Origin: Mustelus asterias
Taxonomy: Eukaryota
Direction: 5' to 3'
DNA: 64,000 nucleotides
NCBI RefSeq assembly: GCF_964213995.1
Contig: NW_027590347.1
Span: 186,001 to 250,000 of the forward strand
In this document: positions 1 to 11,470 of the stretch, in pieces
Layout: each line of letters starts with the position of its first letter
Position numbering within the stretch: position 1 is the stretch's first letter
The notes under the pieces: generated by a model
The model's input: the letters and a program-made list of their open reading frames with translations, nothing else
The model's database searches: none
Told to the model about the DNA's origin: nothing
Position numbers and translations under genes: made by a program

Positions 1-640
1 CAATTACGTCGGGGACCTGGGGTGGAGGGTGACGCATGCAGCAGTTCCGCACAACCGTAGGATTCACTGGTTCACGGGCTCCGAAGACTGCCCTTTCTGT
101 GGCCTTGTGGAGTCCGTGGACCATGTCTATGTTGTGTGTCTTAGGCTGCACTCCCTTTGTGTTTTCCTGAAGAACCTTTTATTGATGTTTTGTTTGCACT
201 TCAGTCCCACGCTCCTGATCTACGGACACCCGGTGCGGAGAGGGGGAGGGTCGGGATGGCGACCTCCTCGTGAACCTGCTCCTGGGCCTGGCGAAACGCG
301 CCATTTACCGGTCCAGGCAGCGGGCGATCGAGGGGGCCGTCCATCCTGACTGTCTGCCCCTCTACCGCGGCTACGTTCGCGGCCAGGTGTCCCTGGAGAG
401 GGAGCATGCGGTGTCCACGGGCGAGGTTGACGCTTTCCGCGCCCGCTGGGCACCGCAGGGGTTGGGGTGCATTATTGACCCTAATAACTACATTTTAATT
501 TGATGTTTTTAAGTTTCCTTTGCATTTTGATTTCTGTTCGGGCTGTTCCCCCTCCTTTTTGGGGAGCTGCCCCTTTTACTTTGTCCTGATTTAATTTGAG
601 TTTGTTTACTTGGTTTGACCTAAAAAGAAAAAAAAAAAAA
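1..640 (+). mobile_element. 3' end of an L1/Tx1-clade non-LTR retrotransposon (frameshifted ORF2 C-terminus, T-rich 3' UTR, poly(A) tail)
   Basis: ORF 29..349 has the CCHC knuckle CPFCGLVESVDHVYVVC typical of L1/Tx1 ORF2 ends. It continues in another frame (270..503, NLLLGLAKRAIYRSR). An A-rich tail lies at about 622-640. Confidence 0.85.
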
Positions 641-751
641 GGGGACTTAAAGACCAGCCAAGCTGGTCTTTATATGATTTGGGTTCAATTACAAATCCAC
701 ATTGCAGCTCACAGATCTGATTCAGTGAGAGGAGGTGAGAGTGCCTTTGCC

Positions 752-790
752 GGTTTTTGTACGGGCTGACTGTGTCTCTGTAGCAGTGTG
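752..790 (-). promoter_or_regulatory. 23-bp-spacer recombination signal sequence of V segment 1
   Basis: Minus strand: heptamer CACACTG (784-790), 23-nt spacer CTACAGAGACACAGTCAGCCCGT, consensus nonamer ACAAAAACC (752-760), directly after the YHCALS codons. Confidence 0.95.
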
Positions 791-1226
791 GGGCTCAGCG
801 CACAGTGATACACGGCAGAGTCAGAGACATGGACCCCGGTGATTGTTAAAGGAACTGTTCTCTTGTCTTTGTCTAATTCAGCCGAAAACCGGTCAGGGAA
901 ATCTGGAGACTTTTCCCCCTGTCCCTTGCCGTATTTCTTCAGTAAATATCTCGGAGCGTCCCCGGGATGTTGAATGTACCAGAAGAGAGTCTCGCCAGTG
1001 TATTTTGTTGTGTAGTTGCAGTTCAATATTACCGTCTGCCCTTCCTGGACCGTGAATTCGGGCAGGTCCTGGGAAACTGAATCTTGGCCACTGGTTCCTG
1101 TAACAACATATAGAATGTGTGAGAAATCTGAGTGAATATAACCCATGAAACACACACTGAGGATTTGAGCTCAGACTCACCGGGCAGCATGACCATTATT
1201 ATCAGTAAAGCACACAGGGAACACAT
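791..1226 (-). CDS. TRAV/TRDV: T-cell receptor alpha/delta variable gene segment 1; leader exon 1181-1226, V exon 791-1097
   Basis: Leader MCSLCALLIIMVMLP ends at a GTGAGT donor (1180); acceptor ttgttacag at 1098-1099; phase-1 splice. V domain QDSVSQ...VILNCNY...LFWYIQHPGDAPRYLL...RFSAELDKDKRTVPLTITGVHVSDSAVYHCALS has Cys23, Trp41 and Cys104, followed by a 23-RSS. Confidence 0.93.
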
Positions 1227-1269
1227 GGTTCCTGATTGGACAGTAAACAGCCACACTGTTTAAACGATG

Positions 1270-1400
1270 TTGCTGCTTCTAGTTTATATCACAGAGTCAA
1301 CTCAGATCAGAGGCAACTGCAATTATTGGGAAACTGGGGGGCGTTTCTCAGTGCTGCGATTGGTTAGTCTGCCTGAGATGATGTTAGCTTTGGATCAATC
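1270..1400 (-). promoter_or_regulatory. Promoter of V segment 1 (TATA-like GATATAAAC, CCAAT box, degenerate CRE)
   Basis: Plus-strand gtttatatc at 1282-1290, about 60 nt before the ATG. gattgg (CCAAT on minus) near 1358-1363. tgatgtta at the position where the paralog at 7881 has TGACGTCA. Confidence 0.65.
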
Positions 1401-3900
1401 ACTGTTAGTTGACGACGAAGTGCGGCTGGCTTTCTCCAATCAAATTGTAGCCCAGGCTGAGTCCGTCTTTCTCACCCTCTTGCTCTCTGTCACATTCTCA
1501 GTCATTCTGTCTCTTTCTCGGTTTAACTCTCTTTCCTTCCAACCGGAGATCAGCTCTTTATATGACACCAGAGCCTGTCTTCATATTGCAATAGACCATG
1601 TTTCCCTTGCCATCAGTATAGTATTAATTACGATATCTATCGGTGCGTCTGTCAGAATTCAATCATTTTAGTCAGAGTAAATTAACGATAATAGTGAAAG
1701 AGTATATTTAATCTTATTAACGTTTCTAAGTACAAACCCAGAGGCCTCAGATGTCTGCGGTTTTATTTGATCGGATTAACTCGCTCATGTTAAATGTTAT
1801 TTATTTTTATACCAGTTTGTGACGACTTCTCAAGAACCTTAATCTTATTACCACGCGCTTGACCTGTTTACGCGGAACTTTTCGTTCTGACAGGTAGATT
1901 TCCTCGGGTTGCGATTGGAAATAGAACTGTACACGGATTGAACAACTGAGGATTTAGATGGAGATCCCGTGAGGGAAGCAAACGCTGCAACACAGGAATT
2001 TTCAGGCTAAGTAATAAAGATAAAGGGATGGAAAGACAATGGGAAACAATCTCATGTCTTTCGTCTGACTCCAGAGAATTATAACACAATTTACTCAGCA
2101 TTTCATCAATTTCAACATGGGGAACACGACAAGCCCCCTTTGTTCTACAGAACTTCCAATTTCATGCCATTCGTTGAATACTTCGTTGTCAAATTATTCC
2201 TTCTAAATTTAATCACCACTCTTTTCAGGGTTAAATTCCATCTGCAACTTACCGGCCCATTTGAACATTCCATCCATATCTTCTTGTCGTCAAAGAGACT
2301 CAACCTCAGTGTTAACCACTCGCCAAATGAAAGTGGTCATCTTTCAATCTGTATTCTCTGACAACGCTGGCAGTTTTAGACTTCGCAGTCAACTGATGGG
2401 ACGAGTGGAATGTGCAGGAAACGTTTTGATTGCAATTTATTGAAGGACTGAGTGTGGATTTTTCTCTCTCCCTTTGGCTCTCCACAATCTGGCCGATGAA
2501 AAACAGAATGAGAGAGAGGCGGAAAAGATAGGAGTATGAGGACGATGTTGATGTGGGGCGGTTTATTAAGAGAGGCAAAGGTTCTGTAGTTCTCTACAGA
2601 GTTGGAGTGGGGAGAGGTGACTGATAGAAGTTGGAGCTCAATTGCTGATGCTGAATGTACATACAGCACTAGTCCAGGCGTGAGGAGGTTTAGTGGTTGT
2701 GCAGGGAGAACCTGGCCAACCATCTCCAAAAGGAAACCCACCGATTCCTGTTAATCATCTGGAAAATCTGAACTGGACCGCCTCGATTGCAATTATATTT
2801 CCCTTAAAATAACGAGACGCAGGAGTATACACATTATTTCTAATATGGGTTCTCCATCCACAGTGCTGCAACCGTCAAAGCCTCGGGTCACTTGTTAGAG
2901 TGTGGTATTAAAAGGAGCTACTAGCTCCATTTGTCGCTCTTGTGTCCGGCGCCACACGATCAGCTGAGGTTTGCAAACTGAAAGGGTACTTATACTTATA
3001 CATTATATCGGGTCTATTTCAGATTAAATAATATTTTATTGCCAGTTTTACAAAAACTCTGGACTGATACTTTTTTTTTTCAATCTACCAATCAAAAGTA
3101 ATCGAAGGCTTTGAATATTACCAGAATAAGTTAGTTGAAAGTCCAAGACATTTCGAGAATGCAACAGTTCAAGATCGAGGGAATAGCTTCCACACAGACT
3201 GCAAGGAACATGGCATAAGGAAGAAGATGAAAGTTTGAATGAATGATACAGGACACATCCTCACTCATCTCCAAAGATACCAGAAATTGTACATGTGTTT
3301 CCGAAAGTAGTTTGGACACGTGATTTACCCCTCTCTCGGAGTAATCTCCATAAAATATTATCTGTGAACAACTTGAGGGTAAATGTCTGTCTTATTGATT
3401 TTAAACTGTTTCTTGCTGAATAGCAGCAGTGCGATGTTTCCAATCATCCTGCTTCTGGCACCTCTCTTGCATGAACAGAAGAATCTCGAATCTGCACTAA
3501 TTTCATGATTACAATTTCATTCAAATTCTGAAATTGTAGACTGACATTATGTGATAGAAATATTCGTAACTCCTTTAATTCACTTCAGTTCAGTACATAG
3601 TGTTAATCAATATTCATCTTTTTTCACCAAACTGCTGGACAAATCTGTTTGCCTTCAGTCAGTTCCTATACTATGAGTGCAAAAGACTTTCAATAAACAT
3701 ATATTTTGCAATAAAAGCCGAAGTCGTCATGTTTGTTCATTGATCGTGATTAATGTCATTCCGCACATCATTTAATTGTTTCACCAGGGGACTTTCCTCA
3801 CTCGGTAAATATAGAATGTTTTCATTGTGCGCATCAGTGTTAAAAGTGAGAGTGGTCTCCAGTACAACCAGTGATCATTGAATCTCTGAGTCACTAAACC

Positions 3901-5569
3901 ATGTTCTGGATTATTCCACTTGAGCTTCGTGTTGCTTGGGTACTTCACGATATCCAAAGGATTTACTACCCACTCCTCGCTGCAGTTGGTGTAGCTGGTG
4001 AGTTAAATTTCACTCTGTTGATTGCACTTGTCCGTGAGACCCAATCAATAATTTTATAATGTGCAAACTTCATGTTGCATATGTGCTAATGCAATTGGAA
4101 AATTTCTCTATCTTCCCAGCAGACATTTTCCCTACTCTTGCCTGGTGGTTGCTCTCTATTTCCCACTCTCTGCCCTCCCCACTACCAACCCCCTCTCCTC
4201 ACTCCCACCACACCTTCACCGGCCACTTCCACTATTCCTGCCTTAATATCTACAGGGTCCTGCCTCAGTAAAATAAAATATATAATTTCCAGTTTTGTGA
4301 TTTACAGCCAATTCCAAATCAACTGATGCAATATCTTCAGATGCACAGTCTGCAGCACAGCCACAGCAGAGTGACCCAGACCAGGAACATTCCGTCCAAA
4401 CCCATTGGTACCATTGTGTCTCCCAAATACAAATAAAGAGAAGGCAGGGAATTGGAGATCTGCTCTGTTGGTAAATTTAGTTTCTTGATACCTCAGTGCG
4501 ATGCTTTCCTACTGTGAACCCAGTCTCAGCAGAACAGGTGCATCCATGTTTTTCTGAGGCTGGACTCTGTAAAACAAAATCCTGCAGCTGTTCCCCAGAA
4601 ACCTGCCAGATTACTGCTCCTGTTCTCAGTCTGAAATATGAGTTAATTGTCTCTCACTTCCCTGCAGTGAACTTATTGACGATTCTTATCCTGTCTCGAG
4701 GGAGGTGTGGACTTTCCAAATGTGTCTCACGTTACCTAATTTCCATGTCAGCGGCGGATCTACTCGTCGTCATCATCGACCTCGTATTGAGGCAAATTCC
4801 CATCAGTTTCAGAGATCAATTTGTCTTCATGTATCATGTTAAAGTGTGCAATATCCATGCCGTCCTGCTTTACGCAGTCACTGACTGTTCTGTCTGGTTC
4901 ACTGTCACTTTTACCTTTGATCGATTCGTGGCCATTACTTGTCAGAAGCTGAAAATAAAATACTGCACTGAGGAAACGGCAACTGTGGTTCTAGGAACAG
5001 TGAGTGTGGTATTCACTGTAAAAAACACTTTCTGGTACTTTATGTGTGAGAATAGCTATTGGCTTTCCAATACTCCCTATTTCTGTTCTGTAGATTTTGA
5101 TGTCGCCTCCTCACCAGCATGGACAGCAGCTGAAAGTCTCCACTATATTTTAACCCCGACTATTCCTTTTGTGTTGGTTGTGCTGTTCAACGTTTTAACC
5201 GTTAAATACATTGTGGTGTTGAGTAAAGTCCGCAGGAGACTTCGGACCCACAAGAATGGGGAAAGTCCAAGTGACCCAGTGATAGAGAAAAGAAGAAAAT
5301 CTATCATCATACTGTTTGCAATATCGGGAAATTTTCTCCTGTTATGGTCAGTGTTCCTCTTCTATTGTTTTTATGACCGACTGTACATGTTTAAATTATT
5401 TCTGTCGCGTTTACCACATTTTCTTCAGGAATTAGGATTTATGCTCCAACTCCTGAGTTGCTGCACCAACACATGCATCTATGCAGTGACACAGACACAG
5501 TTCAGAGAGGATCTGAAAAATGTGGTGATGTTTCCAGTAACTGGAATTTTGAAATTCATTAAACAGTAA
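3901..5569 (+). CDS. Class A orphan GPCR, GPR139/GPR142-like, two coding exons (3901-3997 and 4668-5569), 332 aa
   Basis: Exon 1: aaccATG with an in-frame stop just upstream, MFWIIPLELRVAWVLHDIQRIYYPLLAAVGVA, then a GTGAGT donor at 3998. Acceptor cttccctgcag at 4666-4667, phase 1, joining VNLLTILILSRGRCGLSKCVSRYLISMSAADLL. Seven hydrophobic helices, TFDRFVAITC (DRY-equivalent), TM7 CCTNTCIYAVT, stop at 5567-5569, AATAAA at 5790. The ORF-track N-terminus (4496-4667) is intron. Confidence 0.9.
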
Positions 5570-6766
5570 TAAGCTATTCTATCACCACAACGTATTTATC
5601 TGATGTTTTGCTACAGAAACTCATCGCAATCAGAAACACACTGATGTCGATTTTGCTTTATTCATCCCGATAAATCCATGAACAACAATTGTAGAAATTC
5701 AAAAGGAAACGACTTCAGATCCAAAGCTGTCTGGATTTGAATCAGTTAAAATCAGCGATTTAACATGTGCTGGACACATTGAGTTCCAGAATAAAATATT
5801 CGCCTGTCAAATTCGGGAGGAAGTTACTGACCTTAGCATTTTACATCAACAGTCATCCCACAACGAAAATATCTGCCAGCACCACCTCTACCAGCCTCAC
5901 GGTACCGGCCCCACCACCCGATCTCTCACATCACACGTCCCCCTGCGCATCCCCCCCCCCCCCCCCGCCCACCCCCACCCCCAACCCCGTTCGGGAAATC
6001 TTCACTATTGTATCTAGTGATGGTGAATTGAAGAAGTGGATGTGCGATTAATGAAGGCTGGTATTGGGGAAGAGGAAGTGAAGGGAGGGGTGGTGGGCGG
6101 TTGCGAGTCATTTGTCGTGTGCTGAGACGACAATGTCCATAAAATATTAGCCCGAAACATCCATTCAGTTGCAATCAGAGTCATGTTGCAGCTGCGACGA
6201 CATTGAATAAAATCCAGTGCCAGCATTCGACAGCGCACTTGCTTCAATTCACTGAGAACTCAAATAACTGCACAGCAAATCAGTCCAATGCGCCCCTGAA
6301 TTTTGCAGTGTGTTATAGGTCAGAGTGACTTAAGGCCTCAAATGTGCCGGAGTGTAATCTTCAAATAAGCAAACACATTTTAATATAGATGGAACAGAAT
6401 ACAGGCAGGGTTGTGAAGGGTCTATGGAACACATGAGAACTCAATAATGGAAAATTCAGAGAAAATTAGATTTGTGTCCAATTATAATGAAATAATACTT
6501 AATAAAATCTGGATTTAAAAAGTAGCCAGCTCTTCCAAAAAATTAAAGTGAATGTAAAGAAATAATTAGCAGTTAAGAGACACATTTATTCGCGAGTGGA
6601 TGAATATAAATCAAGTATTAAATTCCCTATCCTTGGGCCAGATTTCCTTGTGGATATTATTGAGAGGGATGCGGATGCTGTTGCTTTCTGGGGAAGCAAG
6701 GTATTAAATTTATATTGAAAATCACCTCAAAACTGTTTATTTATCTTGAGTCTACAAATGATACAA

Positions 6767-6784
6767 TGCTACCATCTGCTGACA
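6767..6784 (-). promoter_or_regulatory. CTCF-like motif
   Basis: Minus strand TGTCAGCAGATGGTAGCA, a weaker match to the CCASYAGRKGGCRS core. Confidence 0.4.
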
Positions 6785-6852
6785 ACCCACAACTGCTGCA
6801 GACGCTGGTCTTTGTGAGTCTCAGAAAAGTTCAGTAACTCGAGACTGCATTT

Positions 6853-7170
6853 TTGATTTGATTTGATTTATCATTGTCACATGTATTAACATACAGTGAA
6901 AAGTGTTGTTTCTTGCACACTATCCGAATAAACATATTGTACTTAAAGAAGGAAAGGGGAAAGTACAGCATGTATGGCTACGGTCATAGGTAGGATGGAG
7001 AGAAAGATCAACTTTGGTCCATTCAACACTCTGATGGCAACATGGAAGAAGCTGTTCTTAAGTCTGTTAGTACGTGGCCTCAGGCTTTTGTATCTTTTTC
7101 CCAACAGAAGGTGGAAGAGAGAATGTCGGGATGCATGCGGCCCTTAATTATGCTGGCTGCTTTTCCGCGA
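6853..7170 (-). mobile_element. Rex1/Babar LINE 3' fragment
   Basis: (GATTT)n tail and 3' UTR shared with the longer copies at 13430 and 31858, which encode a Rex1-type ORF end. Confidence 0.75.
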
Positions 7171-7174
7171 CTTG

Positions 7175-7750
7175 AGTCAGTGGGGTTATGCTGCAACTGT
7201 ACAGGACCTTGGTGAGACCACATTTGGAATATTGTGTGCAGTTCTGGTCACCTCACTATAAGAAGGATGTGGAAGCGCTGGAAAGAGTGCAGAGGAGATT
7301 TACCAGGATGCTGCCTGGTTTGGAGGGTAGGTCTTATGAGGAAAGGTTGAGGGAGCTAGGGCTATTCTCTCTGGAGCGGAGGAGGCTGAGGGGAGACTTA
7401 ATAGAGGTTTATAAAATGATGAAGGGGATAGATAGAGTGAACGTTCAAAGACTATTTCCTCGGGTGGATGGAGCTATTACAAGGGGCATAACTATGGGGT
7501 TCATGATGGGAGATATAGGAAGGATGTCAGAGGTAGGTTCTTTCCACAGAGAGTGGTTGGGGTGTGGAATGGACTGCCTGCAGTGATAGTGGAGTCAGAC
7601 ACTTTAGGAACATTTAAGCGGTTATTGGATAGGCACATGGAGCACACCAGGATGATAGGGAGTGGTATAGCTTTATCTTGGTTTCAGATAAAGCTCGGCA
7701 CAACATCGTGGGCCGAAGGGCCTGTTCTGTGCTGTACTGTTCTATGTTCT
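7175..7750 (+). mobile_element. CR1 LINE 3' fragment
   Basis: [39 protein letters not shown] is the CR1 ORF2 C-terminus; it ends in (TGTTCTA)n. Confidence 0.92.
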
Positions 7751-7770
7751 AGAGAAGAAAGGAAAATTAT

Positions 7771-8390
7771 TTGCTGCCTCTAGTCTTATATCACAGAGTG
7801 AACTCAGATCAGAGGCAGCTTCAATTATTAGGAAACTGGGAGGCGTTTCTCAGTGCTGCGATTGGCTCATCTCCCTGAGCTGACGTCAGCTGCGAATCAT
7901 AAAATCCCTACAGTGCAGAAGGAGGCCATTCGCCCCATCGAGTCTGTACCGGTCACAATCCCACCCAGGCCCCACTCCCGCAACTCCGTGCATTTACCCT
8001 GCGTATCCCCTGAGACTCGGGTCAATTTAGCATGGCCAATCAACCCAACCTGCACATCTTTGGACTGTGGGAGGAATCAGCAGCAGCCGAAGGGGACCCA
8101 CGTAGACACGGGGAGAACATGCAAACTTCATACAGAAAGTGATCCGAAGCCGGAATTGAACCCGGGTCCCTGACACTGTGAGACAGCAGCGCTGACCATT
8201 GTGGCATCATGCCGCCCCGTAACCAGTGAAGCAATCACTGTTAGTTAATGATTTAATATAGCTGGCACTTTCCAATCACATTCCTTCCCTGGCCGTAAAC
8301 GTATTTCTAAGTTCCTTGTTCTGTCTCTGCTCTCTCCCACATAACCAGTTATTGTGTCTCATTAACTGGTGAACTCGCTTTCCTCAGAAC
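7771..8390 (-). promoter_or_regulatory. Orphan paralog of the V1 promoter/upstream region, interrupted by a SINE
   Basis: 7771-7897 aligns by eye with 1270-1397 (tatatcacagagt...ctcagatcagaggca...ggcgtttctcagtgctgcgattgg). It has a perfect CRE TGACGTCA at 7881-7888. Homology resumes after the SINE at about 8232 (caatcactgttagtt). Confidence 0.75.
7897..8219 (-). mobile_element. HE1-type tRNA-derived SINE
   Basis: Reverse complement of the GGCGGCA...TGGTCAGCGCTG...GGTTCAATTCC head with the CR1-like tail. Confidence 0.9.
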
Positions 8391-8467
8391 TCAGTCCATC
8401 AATCTTTCTGAAGGCAGATCCTTTTTTTCTAATTCAGGTGAAAAGTGAAACTAATTTAATCATTTAT

Positions 8468-8760
8468 GGGTGACACGGTGGCGCAGTGGTTAGCATTGCT
8501 GCCTCACAGCCCCAGGGACGCAGGTTCGATTCCAGCCTCGGGTCACTGTCTCTGTGGAGTTTGCACTTTCTCCCCGTGTCTGCGTGGGTTTCCTCAGGTG
8601 CTCCAGTTTCCTTCCACAGTCCTAAACTGTGCAGGTTTGCTGGATTGGCCACGCAAGATTGCCTTTAGTGTCAGGGGATAGCAGGTTAAATATGTGGGTT
8701 ACGGGGATAGGGCCTGGGTGGGATTGTTGTCGGGACAGGCTCGTTGAGCCTAATGGCCAT
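8468..8760 (+). mobile_element. HE1-type SINE
   Basis: A box ggtggcgcagtggttag, B box ggttcgattcc, conserved central tgtggagtttgcac...gcgtgggtttcctc domain. Confidence 0.9.
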
Positions 8761-8849
8761 GACTCAACATAATCAATAGTAGTGCTGTAAGTGTACCGGG
8801 GATAAGTAGTCACTCAACTCTGCACCAGGAAATATTTCACGGACTCATA

Positions 8850-9315
8850 ACATAGAAACTAGAAGCAGGAGCCTTCTCCGCCAATCATCGTAATCATAGC
8901 TGATCATGGAATTCAATATCCTGATCCCCCTTCCCCCTCGCCCATATCCCTCGAACCCTTTAGCCCCAAGAGCTATATCAAATTTCTTCTTGAAATCAGA
9001 CAACGTTTTGGCCTCAACTAAATTCGGTGGTACTGAATTCCATGCATCCAACACTCTCTGGATGAAGGGATTTTCCTTCACCTCAGTTTATCCCTTATCT
9101 TCAAAAGATGACCCTTAGTTCTGGATTCCACCATTGGGAACAGTCTCCTGAATCCACCCTGTCTAACCCTGTTAGAATTTTATAAGTTTCTATGAGATCC
9201 CCTCTCACTCTTCTAAACTCCAGTGAATATAATCCTAACGGATTTAATCTCTCCTCATATGGCAGAGCTGCCATCCCAGGAATCAGCCTGGTAAATCTTC
9301 ACTGTACCCCTCTAT
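8850..9315 (-). mobile_element. CR1 LINE 3' fragment
   Basis: ORF 8845..9081 FIQRVLDAWNSVP...FKKKFD matches the CR1 ORF2 terminus. Confidence 0.85.
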
Positions 9316-9703
9316 TCCCCAAATAGAAAAGCTCTGATTTCAATCAGTTATTATTTCTGCTCCACGGACTTGAAAATGGGACAATTCTGAGGCTGCATTT
9401 GACAATAGATCACTTTTAAAATGTGTGGCCGGGCAGATAGGCACCGAATCCAGAATCTTTCTAAGTACAGATTAAGGAAGTTATTCACCCGGGATAATCT
9501 GCAGATTTTGTGCGGATGGGGTCGGAGAATGGTTGGATTTGATCCGGGAATAATAGGATGGCAAATGTGACATTTCACAACACTGACAATGGCTGAGCTC
9601 AGTGGGGGAATATTATTCAGCTGGGGCTGTATTGTGGCCTTCATTTTCTGCGCATTTTCGTTGAGATCCGACTCTTTTTCTCTGACCCTGAAACGTCTGC
9701 GTC

Positions 9704-9742
9704 ACTTTTTGTCTGAGGCCCGCGGGAGCCTCACTCACTGTG
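9704..9742 (-). promoter_or_regulatory. 23-RSS of V segment 2
   Basis: Minus strand: CACAGTG (9736-9742), 23-nt spacer AGTGAGGCTCCCGCGGGCCTCAG, nonamer ACAAAAAGT (9704-9712). Confidence 0.95.
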
Positions 9743-10213
9743 GGTCTCAGTGCACAGTAATACACGGCGCTGTCTGTCATCTTCAAATCTTTCATGGACA
9801 AGTGAAAAGTGCTTTGTGTCTGGTTGAGATTCCCGCTGAAGTGTCCAAAGCCGGGAGCCGTGTCGGTAAACCCATAACTATTGGCTCTGAGCAGATACTG
9901 AGGAGCTCGGTGTGGATACTGGCGATACCAGAACAGGTCATGTTGTACAGCTGAACTCGGCACAGAGTAACTGCAGGGTATTGCTGAATCTTCACCCTCT
10001 GCTGCTTCAACTCCTGGTTCTGACTGGAACACTGAGTCTCCATTGCTCATCTCTGAAAATAAACAGCGGACGCACAGCGGGTTAGGAGACAGAGGAAGAC
10101 GATAGTCACACAGCGCTGGGAAAGGGAAATTGCACAAGGTTTGCAATATACTTTACAATCTGTGACCAGAATCACTGACCTGGGATCAGTGCAATAACTA
10201 GAATCAGGAACAT
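9743..10213 (-). CDS. TRAV/TRDV: T-cell receptor alpha/delta variable gene segment 2; leader exon 10180-10213, V exon 9743-10052
   Basis: Leader MFLILVIALIP ends at a GTCAGT donor; acceptor ttattttcag at 10053-10054. V domain GDSVFQSEPGVEAAEGEDSAIPCSY...LFWYRQYPHRAPQYLL...FHLSMKDLKMTDSAVYYCALR, followed by a 23-RSS. TATA-like GATATAAAA near 10349-10357. Confidence 0.93.
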
Positions 10214-10413
10214 TTTCACCCCCAGCGTTCCAGTCTGAGCTCCAGAAACGGAAACAATGATCTCTCTCTGTACCGGACCTGGAATGTGAGAAGTTGAAAG
10301 AGTCAACAAGGTGTGGTGCGATTGGCTGGGGTTTATTTCCCCACCCATTTTTATATCTGCAAATAGTCACTCTCTGCAGAAGGCAACTGTGATGTTCGGT
10401 AAGTGATCAGAGA

Positions 10414-10428
10414 GCGCCCTCCCGTGGA
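10414..10428 (-). promoter_or_regulatory. CTCF motif about 200 bp upstream of V2
   Basis: Minus strand TCCACGGGAGGGCGC. Confidence 0.6.
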
Positions 10429-10529
10429 CATTACAACCGCATTGGGAACAGACGCAGAAACAAGATCCCAGATATACACACGCCGAGAAATATAAAGACC
10501 CAGAAATACCCAGTACAGCTACAACACGG

Positions 10530-11160
10530 ACACGAGGGAATAGCCGCTCCACATCCACACCGTTAATACCCCTTATGGTTTTAAAGGTTTCAATGAAGTT
10601 ATCTCTGAGTCTTCGAAACTCAAGTGGATACAAACCCAACATCAATATTCTTACCGCGGATACAGATAACCCGCACGTACCTGGATACTATTACAGCAAA
10701 CCTTCTCTGAACGTTTTTTAACGCATTGCCATCTTTCTTTAGATAAGGAGATACGTATTGTCCGCAATACTCCAGGTGGTGGTCTCACCAATGCCCCGTA
10801 CAACGGAAACATACCCTTCCTATTTTATAATAGATTCCCTCGCAGTAAATGATCATATCTTATGACTTTTTTAATTAATTACGATACCTGTACCTTAGCC
10901 CCTTTCGATTCGTGCCCTAGGACAGCCCAATCCCTCTGTACCTCAGAATTTTGTAATCTTTCACCGTTTAAATATTAAGTGTATTTTATATTCATCCTGC
11001 CAATAGGGACATTTTCACATTTGACCACATTATACTCAATTTGGCGGAGCTTTGCCAATTCACTTAACCTACTTATGTTTCTTTATCGTATCCTTACACG
11101 CACTTCATCATTTATCTTCCTACCTATCTTTGTGTTGTCTGCAAATTTAGCATCCATATC
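10530..11160 (-). mobile_element. Degenerate CR1 fragment
   Basis: ORF 10367..10645 LGLYPLEFRRLRDNFIETFKTIRGINGVDVERLFP; degenerate FADNTKIG-like sequence near 11125-11150. Confidence 0.8.
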
Positions 11161-11410
11161 TGCTCTGTAAATATTACAGTGTATTCTAACAATTAATCCA
11201 GTTCTCCTTGATTACTGCTCTGTGACATATCACTGTGTAATCTAACAATGAATCCAATTCTCCTGGATTACTGCTCTGTAACATATCATTGTGTATTCCA
11301 ACAATTAAAGCAGAGTTCTCCTGCATTACTGCTCTCTATCCTTTAACCGTGTAATTGAATAATTCATCCTGTTCTCTTGGATTATGGCTCCCCAACATAT
11401 CCATGTGTTA
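11161..11410. repeat. Degenerate tandem repeat, about 56-bp unit, about 4.5 copies
   Basis: tgctctgt...atat...gtgta...aacaat...ttctcc...gatta recurs at about 11161, 11216, 11272, 11330 and 11386. Confidence 0.8.
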
Positions 11411-11454
11411 TGGAACCTGCTCCTGAAACAGTGAACACAAAAACACGGTGAGGG

Positions 11455-11470
11455 ATCGCCCTCTGGTGGT
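11455..11470 (-). promoter_or_regulatory. CTCF motif
   Basis: Minus strand ACCACCAGAGGGCGAT, near-consensus core. Confidence 0.7.

Noticed and set aside
4496-4667. Cys-rich N-terminus of the 357-aa ORF
   Set aside because: It is intron read-through; the true first exon is 3901-3997.
6274-6850. Possible RSS remnants of the missing V (CACACTG at 6306-6312; ACAAAGACC at 6807-6815, minus strand)
   Set aside because: Neither has its partner motif at 12- or 23-nt spacing.
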